64,000 nucleotides of DNA from Mobula hypostoma (GCF_963921235.1 NC_086097.1:189846001-189910000); one strand, 5' to 3'; shown: positions 1-14,214, counted from the stretch's first letter. Numbers and translations: made by a program. Notes: a model not told the origin generated them from the sequence alone.

Positions 1-324
1 ATTCCTTCCTCCAACTAGGCGTGTTGTTGTTGGTCAATAAATGTCCTTCCGGTTGCCAAGACAAGGATTCATTGACTGTTTATGAATACCAAGCATGGAA
101 ATGACTTTTTAGTGAGATGAAGCATTATTCAAGGATTTTGTTTCTTTTTCTGACTGTACAGGACCAATGATATGCATTAGTATATCTACTATATTTAAGA
201 CTCTGTACAAAGACAACTTGAGGAACTTTGGCTCAGTGTTAATGAGCAGGCATCAGAAGTTGAGACACCATTGCACATCAGGAAGGGGTGGAGTCACCTG
301 GGCATTTGGCTCCAAGAGAGTCAT

Positions 325-390
325 AGTCACACTTTTCCAAACCCCCTTGACTGATCAGTTCTAGTCAAGGGGGTTTGGAAAAGTGTGACT
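325..390. repeat. Perfect 28-bp inverted repeat with 10-bp spacer
   Basis: AGTCACACTTTTCCAAACCCCCTTGACT (325-352) and its exact reverse complement (363-390). Confidence 0.95.
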
Positions 391-729
391 GTCAGTGAGA
401 CATGTATGAGGATCCATTAGGTAGCATTAGAGGAGCCTGAACTATTGCAGTTGTCCTAGGCATTGATAAAGAAAAGGAATACAGAAAAAGAGAAGGTGAA
501 AGGTTATTATGAGACTGAGACAGGAGGAAATACTGTATATGAGTGAGAGAATAATGAGGAGTGTGGAAAAGCATCCACAGAGATTCACTAAGTCTATTTA
601 AAAATGATGTGTAGAAGAAATATATAAAATTGGTGCAGTTGTAGAACATTCAAGCCCCCTGAGTTTCCTTCGCCATTCAATGGGAATGGGGAGAATAGTT
701 GTATGATATAGATTAGTTGGATATTGATC

Positions 730-1800
730 AATAAGGAAGGTAGAATTTTAATCCTGGTATCTATGAGGTGATGCATTTTGGGAAGACAAGTCAGTTTACC
801 CAACCCTGGGAATGGTAGGACCAAAGGGACTATTGAGGAATAGAAGGTCCTTAGTGGACAAATTCAAGGATCCTGAAGGTGCTAGTAGAGATAAATAGTG
901 GTGATGGAGGTAGTTGAGATGCTTGCCTTCATTGGCTGGGACATAGAATATAAGAACAAGAAGGCTACGATTCAACTTTATTAAATATTAGCTTGGCCAC
1001 AACTAAAATATTGTGTGCTGCTCCTGTCAACCACACTATAGAAACTACATGGTTGCACTAGGGTGGGTGTGCAGGAGATTCACTGGGATGTTGACTGGGA
1101 TGAGGAGAGAATGAATGGTCTGTTTATCTCAGAGCAGTGGGGCCAAGTGGCTCTGATGCAGGTGCCCAAAATTATGGATAGGTAGATAGGTAGGTACTTC
1201 ATTGATCCCAAAGGAAATTACAGTGTTACAGTAGCATTATAAGTGCACTGATATAAATATTAGAAGAGAAGTAGAAAGAATGAAAATGTTACCACAAACA
1301 ATCTAACAAGAGGGGTCATCACTTCCCTGGTTATAGGTTGACTCTTTATAGTGCCTAATGGCTGAGGGTAAGAATGACCTCATATAACGATCTTTGGAGC
1401 AGTTTAGTTGTCTCAGTCTATTACTAAAGTGCTCCTCTGTTCAGCCAAGGTGGCATGCAGAGGGTGAGAAACATTGTCCAGAATTGCCAGGATTTTCCAT
1501 AGAGTCCTTTGTTCTTTCCACAGCCTCCAGTGTGTCCAGTTTGACTCCTATAACAAAGCTGGCCTTTCTAATCAGTTTAGTGAGCCAGTTTATGAGGGAT
1601 AATAACGGGATGGATATAGGTAAAATGTATCACCATAGAAGAGGGATGTATAATCTAGAGAGCATCAGGGCTAAGCAATTCAGAGGAGATCACTGGATTT
1701 TTTTTTGTCCAGACGGTGGTTGGAATCTGAAATGGACCAGCTCATAGTCCACTCAGATATTCTCACAATATTTACCTGAGCACTTGCATCACCAATGTGT
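730..1800 (+). mobile_element. Old degraded CR1 LINE 3' fragment, interrupted at ~1177-1580 by the 3' end of a minus-strand LINE
   Basis: CR1-like ORF2 C-terminal remnants (gtgatgcattttggg, aaaatattgtgtgc..ccacactatag); the insert has a (TAGG/TAGA)n tail at 1177-1195. Confidence 0.6.
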
Positions 1801-2659
1801 GGTAGACTACAGAGAGAGAGTGCTGGGGTAGGTGTTTGATGATTGCTGCAGGATGACTGGCATTTCTCTGTGTTGTCTGATTTCATGGCTCTCCCTCTGC
1901 TCTCCAGTATTTGTCCATTCTCTCCCTAAATCCTGAAATTTAACACCCCCTCTTAAAACAATACTGAACTACTTGATCTCTGCAGTTGTTTTCAACAACA
2001 AAAAGGTTTACAATCCTCTGAATGAAGGCATTTTAACTTAGCTCTGTCCTGAATCTTTTTACTGTAATGGAGACTCTATTCCTCACTCTATATATCCCAA
2101 CCAGCAGTAACATTCTTTCCCTAATGCCCAATCTATCTGGCAATGACAACATTCTGTAAGTTTGAATTAAATCCTCTTCACTTTTTCAAAACTCTACTGA
2201 ATATATAAGCAGTTGACTTAATCCCTTCTCATTCAGCAGTCATGTCATCTCAGGAATCAGTGTGATTAAACTTAGCTGCATTCTTGGCAAGCACTTCCTT
2301 TCTTCGGCTTAGAGATAAAAACTGTATATTGTGTGGTTTTACCAAGGCCCTGTAAATTGTTTGTGTGTAGTTTTTCATTAATTCTATTGTATTTATTTGT
2401 TCTGCTGTGAATACCTGCAAGAAAATGAGTCTCAAGGTAGTATATGGTGATATATATGTACTTGATAGCAAATTTACTTTGAATTGTAGCAAGGCATCCT
2501 TGCTCCTGTCTCAGCTGCAAGCTCATTTTCACTGATTGGTGTACAAAAGCACCCAAATCTCTCTGTACAGTAATGATTCCCAGTCCAGCCCTGCATTTGT
2601 TGCTTTCAGTTTATCCATGTTATATAGCACCTATCACTCTTTGGCTCACTTACTACATT

Positions 2660-4713
2660 AGGCTAAGGTGACAGGAGTTCAAGGGTGATGCAAGTGCAGA
2701 AGTAGAGACACAAACACTTTGTGTGTTGAATCCTTGGGTTGTCAACTGGATGGGAAACATGACCACACTCCAGCTCTCTGGGGTGCACAGTGAGAGGGGC
2801 TAACAGCCAGCTGGGCCTGGCATGGCTGTTGGGCAGCCTTCACCTCTGTTTCCATTCCGCAAATCACCAGAGCACCTATGCAAGCGTGGGGAAGGATAGA
2901 CTCTGTATTGGCATTGTCCTCAAGCTGGCAGGTGGGAGCATCAACTTTGGTATTCTTGCTGTCAGGGTTATAGGTGAAGGTGAAATTAAACTGGGAGATG
3001 AAGAGAGCCCCGTGGGCTTGACGGGAGTTGAGTCTCTTCTCCTTATGAGTGTAGGAGAGCTTCTTGTGATCTGTCCATACCAGAAAGTGGTGCTCTGCTG
3101 CCTCCAGCCAGTGTCACCATGCCTCCTGGGCCTCCTTAACAGCCAGAAGCTCTCAGTTCACAACGTCGTAGTTACACTCTGCAGGAGTCAAATGACAGGA
3201 AAGAAAAGCAGATTATAAACCGAAAAACGCTCCGATGCTGACATGCATCTACCAAGATGAGGAATGGAGAAGGTAGGTCTGGATGTTGCATCACTGAGGC
3301 ACTGGTGAAGCATCACTTTAGCTCTGAGAAGGTTTGGTCTGCTTCACTTGTCCATTGGAATCCTGCAGAGGTCTTCCTGGTGAGTGCATTTATGGGAGCA
3401 GTGATGAACTGAAGTTTCTGATGAAGTGGAAATAAAAATTTGCAATCCCCATGAAGCACCTCACCTGTTTGACCATAGATGGTTAGGCCACTCTATGACT
3501 GCCTGAACTATAAGTGGGTCCACTTAGACAGTGGAGGGGATGAAGAGGTTGCCTGAGAACGGCACCCTGCTCTCTGTAGAGCTCACACCTCTGTGGCTTG
3601 ACACAAAGTTTGTTCTTGAGGTGCCATCTGAGCATCTTTCTGACATGTGGGATGTGTTCTTGGGGAGAGCAGGAATAGTTAAGAATGTCATCCAAATAGA
3701 CAAAAATAAATTGAGTCAACATGTTGACGAGTTCTGCTGATGGGACTTGGACCGAAACGTTGACCGTTCCCCTTTCCATAGGTGCTACCTGGCCTGCTGA
3801 GTTCCTCCAGCAGTTTGTGTGTGTTGCTTGGATTTCCAGAATCTGCAGATTTTTTCTTGTTTACAACATGTTCTGGAACACATTGTTGGCCATGGCCTGA
3901 AAAAACAGAAGGGGAGTTGGTCAGACCAAATGCCATCACAAGGTACTCATTGTGACCAATGGAGGTGTTGAATGCCAACTTTCACTTGTCCCGTTCTTGG
4001 ATGCAAACCAAGCTGTAAGCATTGTGAGATCTATCTTAGAGAATATAGTTGTTCCCTGGATATGTTCGAATGCAGAGACAAGCAGAGGAAAGGGAAACAG
4101 TTCTTCTCTGTGATACCATTAAGGGGCCAATAATCAATGCAGGGGTGGAGCTTGCCATTCTTCTTGCTCACAAAAATGAAGGCCACCTCTGCTAGTGAGG
4201 TAGATGGACAGATAAGTCCAATGTCTATTTCCATTGCCACTATTTCAGGACGAGAGAGGGAAAAAAGCCAACCCAGTGGAGAACTATAACCAGGTAAAAA
4301 GTCAATAGCATAGTTGTATGGCCGGTGTGAAGGCAGGGAGGTGGCTCTCTCTCTCTCTCTTTACTGAAAACGTCAAGAAGGTCAGCATATTCAGCTGGAA
4401 AACCAGACAGGTCCACAACAGCACTTTGCTCAGGAAGGGATATGCTGACGGGGGCTTGAACTGGATCAATACAGGTAGACAAGCATGCCTGTCCGTACTC
4501 ATGGAGTGCCTTTAGGGACCAATTGATCCGTGGGTTGTGTCGATAGAGCCAGGGAAGACCAAGCACCAGCAGCAGTACAGGTGAATCAATAAGATAGAAG
4601 GAAACCTGTTCTCTATGGTCGCCCTCCAGCACAAGTTGGAGGGATACTGTGGAAAGGTGAATCTTACTGGAGCCCAGAGGTTGACCATCCAGAGCCTTAA
4701 TATCAAAGTTCAA
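2660..4713 (-). pseudogene. Gypsy (sushi/chromovirus-type) pol remnant: protease C-terminus, RT, part of RNase H
   Basis: ORF fragments LVLGLPWLYRHNPRINW, FVSKKNGKLHPCIDY, EYLVMAFGLTNSPSVF, FVYLDDIL; frameshifted. Confidence 0.9.
3726..3863 (+). mobile_element. 138-bp PLE 3'-end insertion (degenerate HHR plus tail) inside the Gypsy RT
   Basis: Flanked by 9-bp direct repeat CAACATGTT (3717-3725, 3864-3872); homologous to 28771-28905. Confidence 0.85.
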
Positions 4714-7700
4714 AGCTAAAGGTACGTATTATCAAAGTACATATACTTCACCATATATAACCCTGAGTTTCATTATCTAGTGGGCATACACAATAAATCC
4801 AAGAAACATAATAGAATCAATGAAAGAATGCACTCGACAGGATGGACAAACAACGAATAAGCAAAAGACAGCATACTGTACAAGTACAACATTAAAATAA
4901 AAATAATCATAAGTCATAAATATTAAGATTATGAGATGAAAGGTCCTTGAAAGTGTCCACAGGTTAGAGTTATATAGCATAGAAACAGGCCCTTCACTCA
5001 TCTAGTCTGTACTGACACCATTTAAACTGCCTACCTCACGTCGATCTGCACCAGGACCATAGCCCTCCATATCCCTCCCATCCATGTACCTATTCAAACT
5101 TCTCTTAAGTGTTGAAATTAAGCTCACATGCACCACTTGCACTGGCAGCTCACTCCACACTCTCATGACACTCTGAGTGAAAGAGTTTTCCCTCATGTTC
5201 CCCTTAAACTTCTTACCTTTCATTCTTAACCCATGACCTCTGATTGTAGTCCCACCCAACCTCAGTGGAAAAAGTCTGCTTATATTTACCCTATTTATAC
5301 CCTTCATAATTTTGTATTCTTCTATCAAATCTCCTCTCAATCTTCTACATTCTAAAGAAAACAGTCCTAACCTATTCAACCTTTCCTTATAACTCAGGTC
5401 CTCCAGAACCAGCAACATCCTTGTAAATTTACTCTTTCAATCTTATTTACATCTTTCCTGTAGGTAGGTGACCAAAACTGCACACAATACTTCAAAATAG
5501 GCCTCACCAATGTTTTACACAACCTCAACATAACACCCAATCTCTTGTGCTCAATACTTTGATTTATGAAGGCCAATGTGCCCACAGCTTTCTTTATGAC
5601 CCTATCTACCTGTGAAACGACTTTCAAAGAATTATCGACCTGTATTTCCAGAGCCCTTTGTTTTACCATTCCCCCAGTGTCCAGCCATTCACTGTGTAGG
5701 ACCTACACTGATGTAGATCCCACTGCAAGCCATGATAGCCTTCCTCACTGTCCACTATGCCCCCAATCTTGTTATCATCTGCAAATCTGCTGATCTAGTA
5801 AACCATATTATCATCTAGATCATTGATATAGATGACAAACAACAAAGGACCCAGTACCGATCCCTGCAGCACACCACTAGTCACAGGCCTCATTAGGGAG
5901 ACAACCATCTACTACCACTCTCCGGCTTCTCTCACAAAGCTAATGTCTAATCCAATCTATTATCTCATCCTGAATGCCAAGTGACTGAACCTTCTTGATC
6001 AGCCTCCCATGTGGGACCTCATCAAATGCTTTAATAAAGTCCATTGAGACAATACCCACTGCTGTTCCTTCATCCACTTTCCTGGTAACTTCTTCAAAAC
6101 ACTCCAAGATTGGTTGCACGTGGCCTTTCACATGTGAAGCCATGCTGATTATCCTTAATGAGTCAATGCCTATCCAGATACTCATATATCCGGTCCCTTA
6201 GAATACTTTTCAATAACTTTCCCACAACTGATGTCAGGCTTACTGGACTCTAATTTCCTGGTTTATGTTTACAGCCTTTTTTAAACAGCTAAATCACATT
6301 GGCTATCCTCTAATCCCCTGGTTCCACCCTTGTGGCAGTAGATGATTTAAATATCTCTGCTAGGGCAACGACAGTTTCTGTACTTGCCTCATGTAGGGTC
6401 CAAGGGAAGACCTTGTCAGGCCCTGGGGACTTTTTCACCCTGGGATTTGCCTCATAGTAGCAAACTCCTCCTCCTCTGTAATCTGTACAGGGTCCATGAA
6501 GTTGATGACGCGTTGCCTCACTTCTATAGACTCTGTATTCATCTCTCGAGTAAATACAGATGCAAAGAATTCATTTAAGATCTCCCCCATCTGTTTTGGC
6601 GCCACACATGGATTACCATTCTGGTCTTCCAGAGGACCAGTTTTGTCCCTTGCAATCCTTTTGCTCTTAACATATCTGTAGAACCTTTAGAATTCTCCTT
6701 TACCTGCGCCACTAGAGCAACTTCATGCCTTCTTTTAGCCTTCCTGATTTCTCATGTGTTCTTTTGCAATTCTTATACTACATAAGCACCTCATTTGTAC
6801 CTACCTGACTATATTTGCTATGCATCTCCTTTTTCTCTTAACCAGGACCTCACTATGTCTTGAAAACCAAATTTCCCTACACTTGTTATCTTTACCTTTT
6901 ATTTTCAGAAGTACATACAAGCTTTATACTCTGAAAATTTTGTTTTTGAAGGCTTCCCACTTACCAAGTATACTTTTGCCAGAAAACAGCCTGTCCCAGT
7001 TCACACTTGCCAGATCGTTTCTGATAGCATCAAAATTGGCCTTTCTCCTACTTAGAATCTCAGCCCACAGACCAGACCTATATTTTTGCATATTTGCTTT
7101 GAAACTAATGGCATTGTGGTCATTGGATGCAAAGTGCTCCCCGGCACCAACTTCTGACATCTGCCCTGTCTCATTCCCTAATAGCAGATCCAGTATCGCA
7201 CGCTCCCTCATTGGGATTTCTATATATGGATGAAGGAAACTTTCCTGAACACATTTGATAAACTCTCTCATCTAGTCCTTTTATAGTATGGGTTTCTCTG
7301 TCAATAAGTGGAAAGTTAAAATCATCTTCTATAACAACCTTATGTTTCCAACAACACTCTGTGATATCTTTACAGTTTTTCCCCTCTAAATTCCTAGGAC
7401 TGTTGGGTGGTCTGTCATCTAGCCCTATTAACATGGTCATACCTTTCTCATTTCACAGTTTCACCCATAATGTTTCTCTAGTTGATTTTTTCAGTCTGTC
7501 CAGTTGGAGCACTGTCGCAAGATTTTCCCCTCCTTTAATCCCTCCTGCTCTGTCATGTCTAAAACAATGGAAATCCAGAATACTGAGCTGCCAGTCCTGC
7601 CTCTCCAGCAACCAAGTCTCACTGATGGCTACAATGACATAATTCCAGTTGTTGATCCATAGCCTGAGCCTTCCCTGTGATACTTCTTGCATTGAAATGT

Positions 7701-8420
7701 ACACAGCTCAGGACACGAGTCACACCATGCTCAAAATTTTTACTTCTTTTGGTTGTGTGAACATTTCAGTGATGGAGCAAGTGAGGCAGAGCTATATTCC
7801 TCTGGTTCAAGAGCCTATTGGTTGAGGGGCAATAACTATTCATGAACCTGCTGGCATGGGTCTTGAACTTCCTGTATTTTCTTCCTGATAGCAGCAGTGA
7901 GAAGAGAGCATGGCCTGGGTTATGAGAGGTCTTTGATGATGGATGCTGCTTTTCTTGTGACCCCGTTTCATGTAGATGTACTCAATGATGGGAAGGGCTC
8001 TACCCATGATGGACTGAGCCATATCTAGTACTTTCTGTAGGATTTTCCATTTAAGGGCTTTGGTGTTTCCATACCAGGCTGCAATACAACCAGTCAACAT
8101 AGTCTTCACTACTCATCTATAGAAGTTTGTCAAAGTTTTAGATGTCATGCCAAATTGTCACAAACCTCTACGGAGATAGAGGTGCTGCTGTGTTTTCTTC
8201 ATAATAGCACTTATGAGCTGGGCCCAGGACAGAACTTGTGAAATTATAACACCGAAGAATTTAAAGTTGTTGACCCTCTCCACTTCTGATCCTCCAATGA
8301 CGATTGGCTCATGGACCTCCAGTTTCTTATTCTGAAGTCAATAATCAGCTCCTTGGTCTTGCTGACATTGTTGTTGTGGCACCTCTCAGTCAGAGTTTCA
8401 TTCTTCCTCCTATATGCTGA
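4705..8420 (-). mobile_element. Rex1/Babar-type LINE 3' portion (4705-4965 and 7751-8420) nested in the Gypsy and split by a CR1
   Basis: LTGCIAAWYGN..LQKV (ORF 7840-8109), FKFFGVIIS-like motif, 3' UTR ending at ~4705. Confidence 0.8.
4966..7750 (-). mobile_element. CR1 LINE ORF2 (APE + RT), degraded and 5'-truncated
   Basis: IVAISETWL, ILDLLLGNE..SNDHN, MDFIKAFDEVPH, LVRPILKYCVQFWSP, RRLRGDLIE; GGTT at both junctions (4962-4965, 7751-7754). Confidence 0.92.
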
Positions 8421-8425
8421 TCATA

Positions 8426-9617
8426 GGATCCCAAAGAATACTCTCTCAGTTGTTGAACAGGAACTCCCCATTTCTGAACCTAGAATTATCTCTAAGGTTC
8501 TTGGCCGCCCTGGAGTCAATAAATGCCAGAGTCTCAAGGGACTGGGACCCCCACAACAGGGAAGCTGAGAGCACTACTGGATTAAGGGAAGATGCTTGCA
8601 GGGGGAATTGACCCATCAGAATTCCCCTTCTCACTGACTGGTCTTCTTCTTTGACTGGGTGCTTGGGACATGATGCCCAGAAGTGACCAGGAGAGCCATA
8701 GTAGAAGCAGCAGCCTGTTCTCCTGCATCAATCTCATTTCTCCTGAGATAGGTGCAGCCTCCGCTCCCATCTAAATGGGCTCCTCCGTGGACTTTGTACT
8801 GGGTGATGAAAGAGGGGGTGAAGACAGACGGTAATCTGATGAGTAAGAGTTTTGAGGCATTCTCTCTCTCTTCATCGCTCTGTTGCCTGGTTACCTATTC
8901 GAATGGCTAAATTTATCAGGTCATCCAGGCTGTCTGTCCTGTTCATCACACACTGCAGTGTCAGGCCAGACCTCTGTGCTCTGCCCACACTGGAAAGCAG
9001 TGATGAGTGATCTCTCGTTCCTGTCTCAACCTCAAGAGTGTGGAGCTTTACTGCGTAGTCTTCCACAGACCCTCTCTCTTGGTCCAAGCCTTCTGACCCC
9101 ATATTGGAAGGTCAAACACTCTCTTGAACTCAACTACCAATTGCTGGAAAGACTGGGCTGCAGGATAACCTTGTTTTCGTAGAGCGTTGAACAGGCTCAG
9201 TCGGGGCCTATCGAAAGGATTCACCATGTGAGCCAGTTTACGTACACCATCACGGAACCAACATGGCTTGGCTTGGAAGGTCAGCTCACGCTATTAATAA
9301 AGTTTCTGCAGCTGTCAGGATCACCAGAGTATCTGCCCAGTTGAGGAATGCTCGAGTCAGTAGCCGAGGGAATCACGGCACTAGCGGCTCAGGCTGATGA
9401 GACTGCAATAAGGAGGATTGGGGAGGAGCCAGAGCTGGACATGGAGGTGTCCTGGCAGAGAGTTGCTGAATAGCAGCAGTGAGAGCAGCAAAAGCTGCCG
9501 CCTGATTCCAGTCGTCTGGTGTGAGCTGCTGAACTGCCGTTGTGAATGCTGGCACCTGCTCTTCCAGCTTCGGCTGGCCTTGCTGCTCTTAGAGCAGCTG
9601 TTGCACTTGGGAGCCAT
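8426..9617 (-). pseudogene. Gypsy gag/protease remnant (5' half of the 2660-4713 element)
   Basis: QERGSVEDYAVKLHTL, DSLDDLINLAIRI (cf. gag 45484-46329), protease AFIDSRAA. Confidence 0.85.
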
Positions 9618-11555
9618 TGAACTGAATTAAATTGACTTTATTACTTCCATCCTTCATATACATGAGGAGTAAAAATCTTTACATTATGTCTCTGTCTAAA
9701 TATGCAACGGGCAATTTATAGTAAATAGTACATACAACAGAATAGTCAATATAACATAGAAATACAGTTGTGTCAGTGTGAGTTAAGCAATATGATGGCC
9801 TGGTAGAAGAAGCCGTCCCGGAACCTGTTGGTCCTGGCTTTTACGCTGCGGTACCGTTTCCTAGATGGTAGCAGCTAGAATAGTTGTGGTTGGAGTGACT
9901 CGGGCCCCCAGTGATCCTTCGGGTCATTTTTACACACCTGTCTTTGTAAATGTCCTGAATAGTGGGAAGTTCATATCTACAGATGCGCTGGGCTGTCCGC
10001 ACCACTCTCTGCAGAGTCTTGCAATTGAGGGAAGTACAGTTCCCATACCAGGCAGTGATACAGCCAGTCAGGATGCTCTCAATTGTGCCCCTATTGAAAT
10101 TTCTTAGGATTTGGGGCCCCATACCAAACTTCTTCAACTGTCTGAGGTGAAAGAAGTGTTGTGCCATTTTCACCACACAACTGGTAGGTACAGACCATGT
10201 AAGATTCTTGGTTTATGCCGAGGAACTTAAAGCTGTTCACCCTCTCAACCCTGGGTCCACTGTTGTCAATAGGGGTTACCCTGTCTCCACTCCTCCTGTA
10301 GTTCACAACCAGCTCCTTGGATTTTGTGACATTGAGGGAGAGGTTGTTTCTTTGACATCACCATGTCAGGGTGATGACTTGTGTAAGCTGTCTCATTATT
10401 ATTTGAGATTAAGCCAATCAGTGTAGTGTCATCAGCAAATTTAATTAGCAGATTGGAGGTGTGGGTGGTGACACAGTCATGGGTATACAGAGAGTAAAGG
10501 AGTGGGCTTAGTATACAACTCTGAGGGGCACCTGTGTTGAGGGTTGGAGGGGCAGAGGTGAGGAAGCCCACTCTTACCACCTGCTAGCGATCTGACAGGA
10601 AGTCCAGGATCCAGCTATACATGGCAGGGTGAAGGCCAAGGTTTCTGAGCTTCCTGTCGAGCCTGCAGGGAATTATGGTGTTGAACACTGAACTGTAGTC
10701 CAAAAACTGCATTCTCACATAAGTGCAAGGATTGTGTGTGGCTATTGCGTCATCTGTGGATTGGTTGTCTCAGTAGGTGAATTGTAGGGGGTCCAGTGTG
10801 GGTGGCAGCAAGCTGCAGATGTAGTCCCTGACCAGCCTCTCAAAGCATTTGCTTATTATTGAGGTGAGTGCGACAGGCTGCCAGTCATTCAGACATGTTG
10901 CCTTGGTCTTTTTATGTACCAGAACAATGGTGGATGTTTTGAAGCAGGAGGGCACTCTACACTGGGAGAGGGAGAGATTAAAAATGTCTGTAAGCACATC
11001 TGCCAGTTGTGCCACGCGCATCCTGAGTACCCGCCTTGGGATGCTGTCCGGACCCGCAGCCTTGCCACTGTCACTCGTTGGAAACATCTGCATACTTCAG
11101 CCTCAGAGATGACCAGGCTGCCAGTCGCATAATCTGCAAGTCTCCTCAGGGGCTCAGTATTGGCAACATCGAACTGAGTATGAAATAAACATTTAGCTTG
11201 TCTAGGAGAAAGGCAGCGATGTTGGAAACTCAACTGCGTTTAGCTTTGAAGTCTGCGATGGTGTGCAGACCTTGCTATAAGTTGCGTGTGTTGTTTGTGG
11301 GAAGTTGTGTCTGAATCTTGTCCCTGTTTTGTTTCACTGCCTGATGACTTTGTGCAGATCGAAGCTGCACTTCTTGAGCTCCTGATTACTGGCAATGTAA
11401 GCTGTGTGTCATGTGGTAAAGGCTGCTCGCACGGAACTGTTGATCCAGGGTTTCTGGTTTGAGTAGACCCTGACCAGTTCCTGCGGGGACAACATCCTCA
11501 GTGCACTTCTGGATGAAACCCGTGACCCCATCCGTGAACTTGGAGACATCTTCAT
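9618..11555 (-). mobile_element. Rex1/Babar-type LINE (RT), degraded
   Basis: [67 protein letters not shown]. Confidence 0.9.
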
Positions 11556-11559
11556 CATA

Positions 11560-12085
11560 AAACCATAAGACACATGAGCAGAATTAGGCCATTCCGCCCA
11601 TCAAGTCTGCTCCACCATTCCATCATGGCCGATCCTGGATCCCACTGAACCCCGTACCTGCCATCTCGCCATATCCTTTGATGCCCTGACCGATCAGGAA
11701 ACAACTAACTTCCTGCTTAATATATGCACGGACTTGGCCTCCACTGTCTCTGGCAGAGCATTCCACAGATTTCCTATTCTCCGGCTAATGAAATTCTTCC
11801 TTACCCCTGTTCTAAAGGGTTGCCCTTCAATTTTGATGCTATGCCCTCTAGTTCTGGATATCCCCATCACAGGAAACATCCTCTCCACATCCACCCTATC
11901 TAGCCCTTTCAACTTTTGGTAGGTTTCAATGAGATTCCACACTCCCCCCCACTCCCCGCATTCTTCTAAATTCCAGCTAGTACAGGCCCAAAACTGCCAA
12001 ACGTTCCACATATGTTAACCCCTTCATTCCCGGAATCATCCTTGTGAACCTCTTTGGACCCTTCCAATGACAACACACCATTTCT
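11560..12085 (-). mobile_element. CR1 LINE 3' end
   Basis: LIETYQKLKGLDRVDVERMFP..TRGHS and a CR1-type 3' UTR ending tcttatggttt. Confidence 0.85.
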
Positions 12086-14214
12086 GCTGACTGGTTATTC
12101 CCCTCCATTGATCCTGCCTGACCTGCTGAGCTCCTTCAGCATTTTGCTTGTATGTTGCTCTAGATTTCCAGCAGCTGCAGAATCTCTTGCATTAATTCCT
12201 AGTCTCTGTTTTTAAATTTTAATCCATGTTAAAACATTGCCCCTAATATAACACTAACTTAGCTTTCTGAAAATGATTGTACAGGTGCTATCCAGAATAC
12301 AGCAGGGCTCCATTCTTGTGAACTATTTGTAACCTGAGTAGTTCAACAAGTGGAAAATGTGACCACAGAGTGAGTTCCCAGGTGACAGAAGTTGTCTGTA
12401 GCCCTATAGCCGCTATAAATAAGTCAGCGTTTGTACCCTGGGGAGGACCTGTATCCAATCTGCAGCAATTACTCATCATTTATAAAATCCTGGAAAGTGT
12501 AAACAACCCATCCACTATTTCCATGGCTACTTCTGCAAGTATTCTTGGATACAAATGATTATACCTTGGGGACTTACTGTCTTTCAGAGACATTCATTCA
12601 TTCAGTGTTACTTTCTTGCCAATTCTTGTTTCCATTTGATTTTACTTTTATTACGTTCAAGCTCCCCTTACTTACTCACTTATACTTATTTATTTGTTTG
12701 TTTGTTTGTTTATGTATGAATGTATCTATCTATTTATTAATTTAATGTAATTTAATTGAGAGATACAACATTGTAACAGGCTCTTCTGGCGCAATGAGCT
12801 TACACTGCCCGTTGCCGATGTGGCCAACTAACCTACTAATCTTTACATCTTTGGAATTCCTGAAAGATTGCATGCACCTTAGTAACAAAAATACATGTTT
12901 GATTTCTCTGTCATTTGCCCATTCCAATTATAAGATTCCTCCATTTCTGATTATAGGGTACCTGCACTTAACCTCAATCTTTTACTTTTCAAATATATCA
13001 TGGAAGCTTCTACATTTTACTTCTATGTTACCTGCAAGTTTACAATCAAACTATTTGTGTTGTATTAATTATTTTCTTTGTCCTCCTTTGCTGAAATCTA
13101 AACTACCAATACTCAGGTTTACTACTTTTGCTGGCAATCTTATTTGGATCTATTGCAATCCATAACTGCTTTTTTTTAGTTTTATTTGTAATCTTTTGCC
13201 GGTCTGGCAAAACAACGATATTGGATGCTTACAATTATAACTGCATGTGGTAGCCAAGGTTAAAATATTCCACAGCAAAGCATTTAGATCAAAGCTCTTG
13301 CCCCTTTCCATAACTAGCCATAATTGTTGGTGGATAATCAAGAGGCTAAGAGAAGAAAACAATTTGAAGAACAGTGCCAACTAGATCAACAAAACAAGTC
13401 AAAAACACTGCAGATCTGGGAAATCTACATTAAACACAAAATGCTGACACTACACAGTCAGTCAGGCTGTATTTGTACAAAAGCAAGTCAGAGATCTCCT
13501 ACAGTGAATGAATTATCTTCTGCAATGTTAAAGGCTTTCCACAATGTACAAGTCAGTATTGAGAAAGAACACACATGATTTGTCTGGCTGAGTGCAGCTC
13601 TGATAACATTAAAGAAGCTGGAGCTTTTCAGGACAATACAAGCCATTAATTTAGCACTCAACTGCCACTTGAAGCATTCATTCCCTTTAACACTGGTGCA
13701 ATGTTTCTGCAGAGTGTACCGTCTGAAATGTGTACTGTCTGGCTTCTTTGATGCCTGACAAAAATCACAAAAGAGATCAGAACAACAGATAAAAGAGGTC
13801 ATCATAACCTGCAGGATCCTTTCCAAGACATCCTGACTTAGAAACTTATTTCTGTTCCTCCATCACCGTTGGGTCTACATACTGGAGCTTGTATTTTAAG
13901 GGAGTATCAGCTGCCGTTCATTTGTGGGAGTGGCTTCCTTAAGTCTAGCCTTCTGCAACTGCACATTGATAACTTGTTATTAGAAATCTTTAAATTAATG
14001 CATTTCTAATTGGTTAACTATTTACTAGCTTTCAGTACTCACCTTCAGTGTAAATACTGAATAATTATGATGCATCAAAACCTTTCCATTGAAATTGATC
14101 TGACCAAACATTTCAAGGTACCTAGTTCCAAAAAAATGTATCCATTATTTTTCATAAAGAGTTTTACGCAATTTTACCACTCTATTTCTTGTAGAATTTG
14201 GGCTGAAGGAACAA

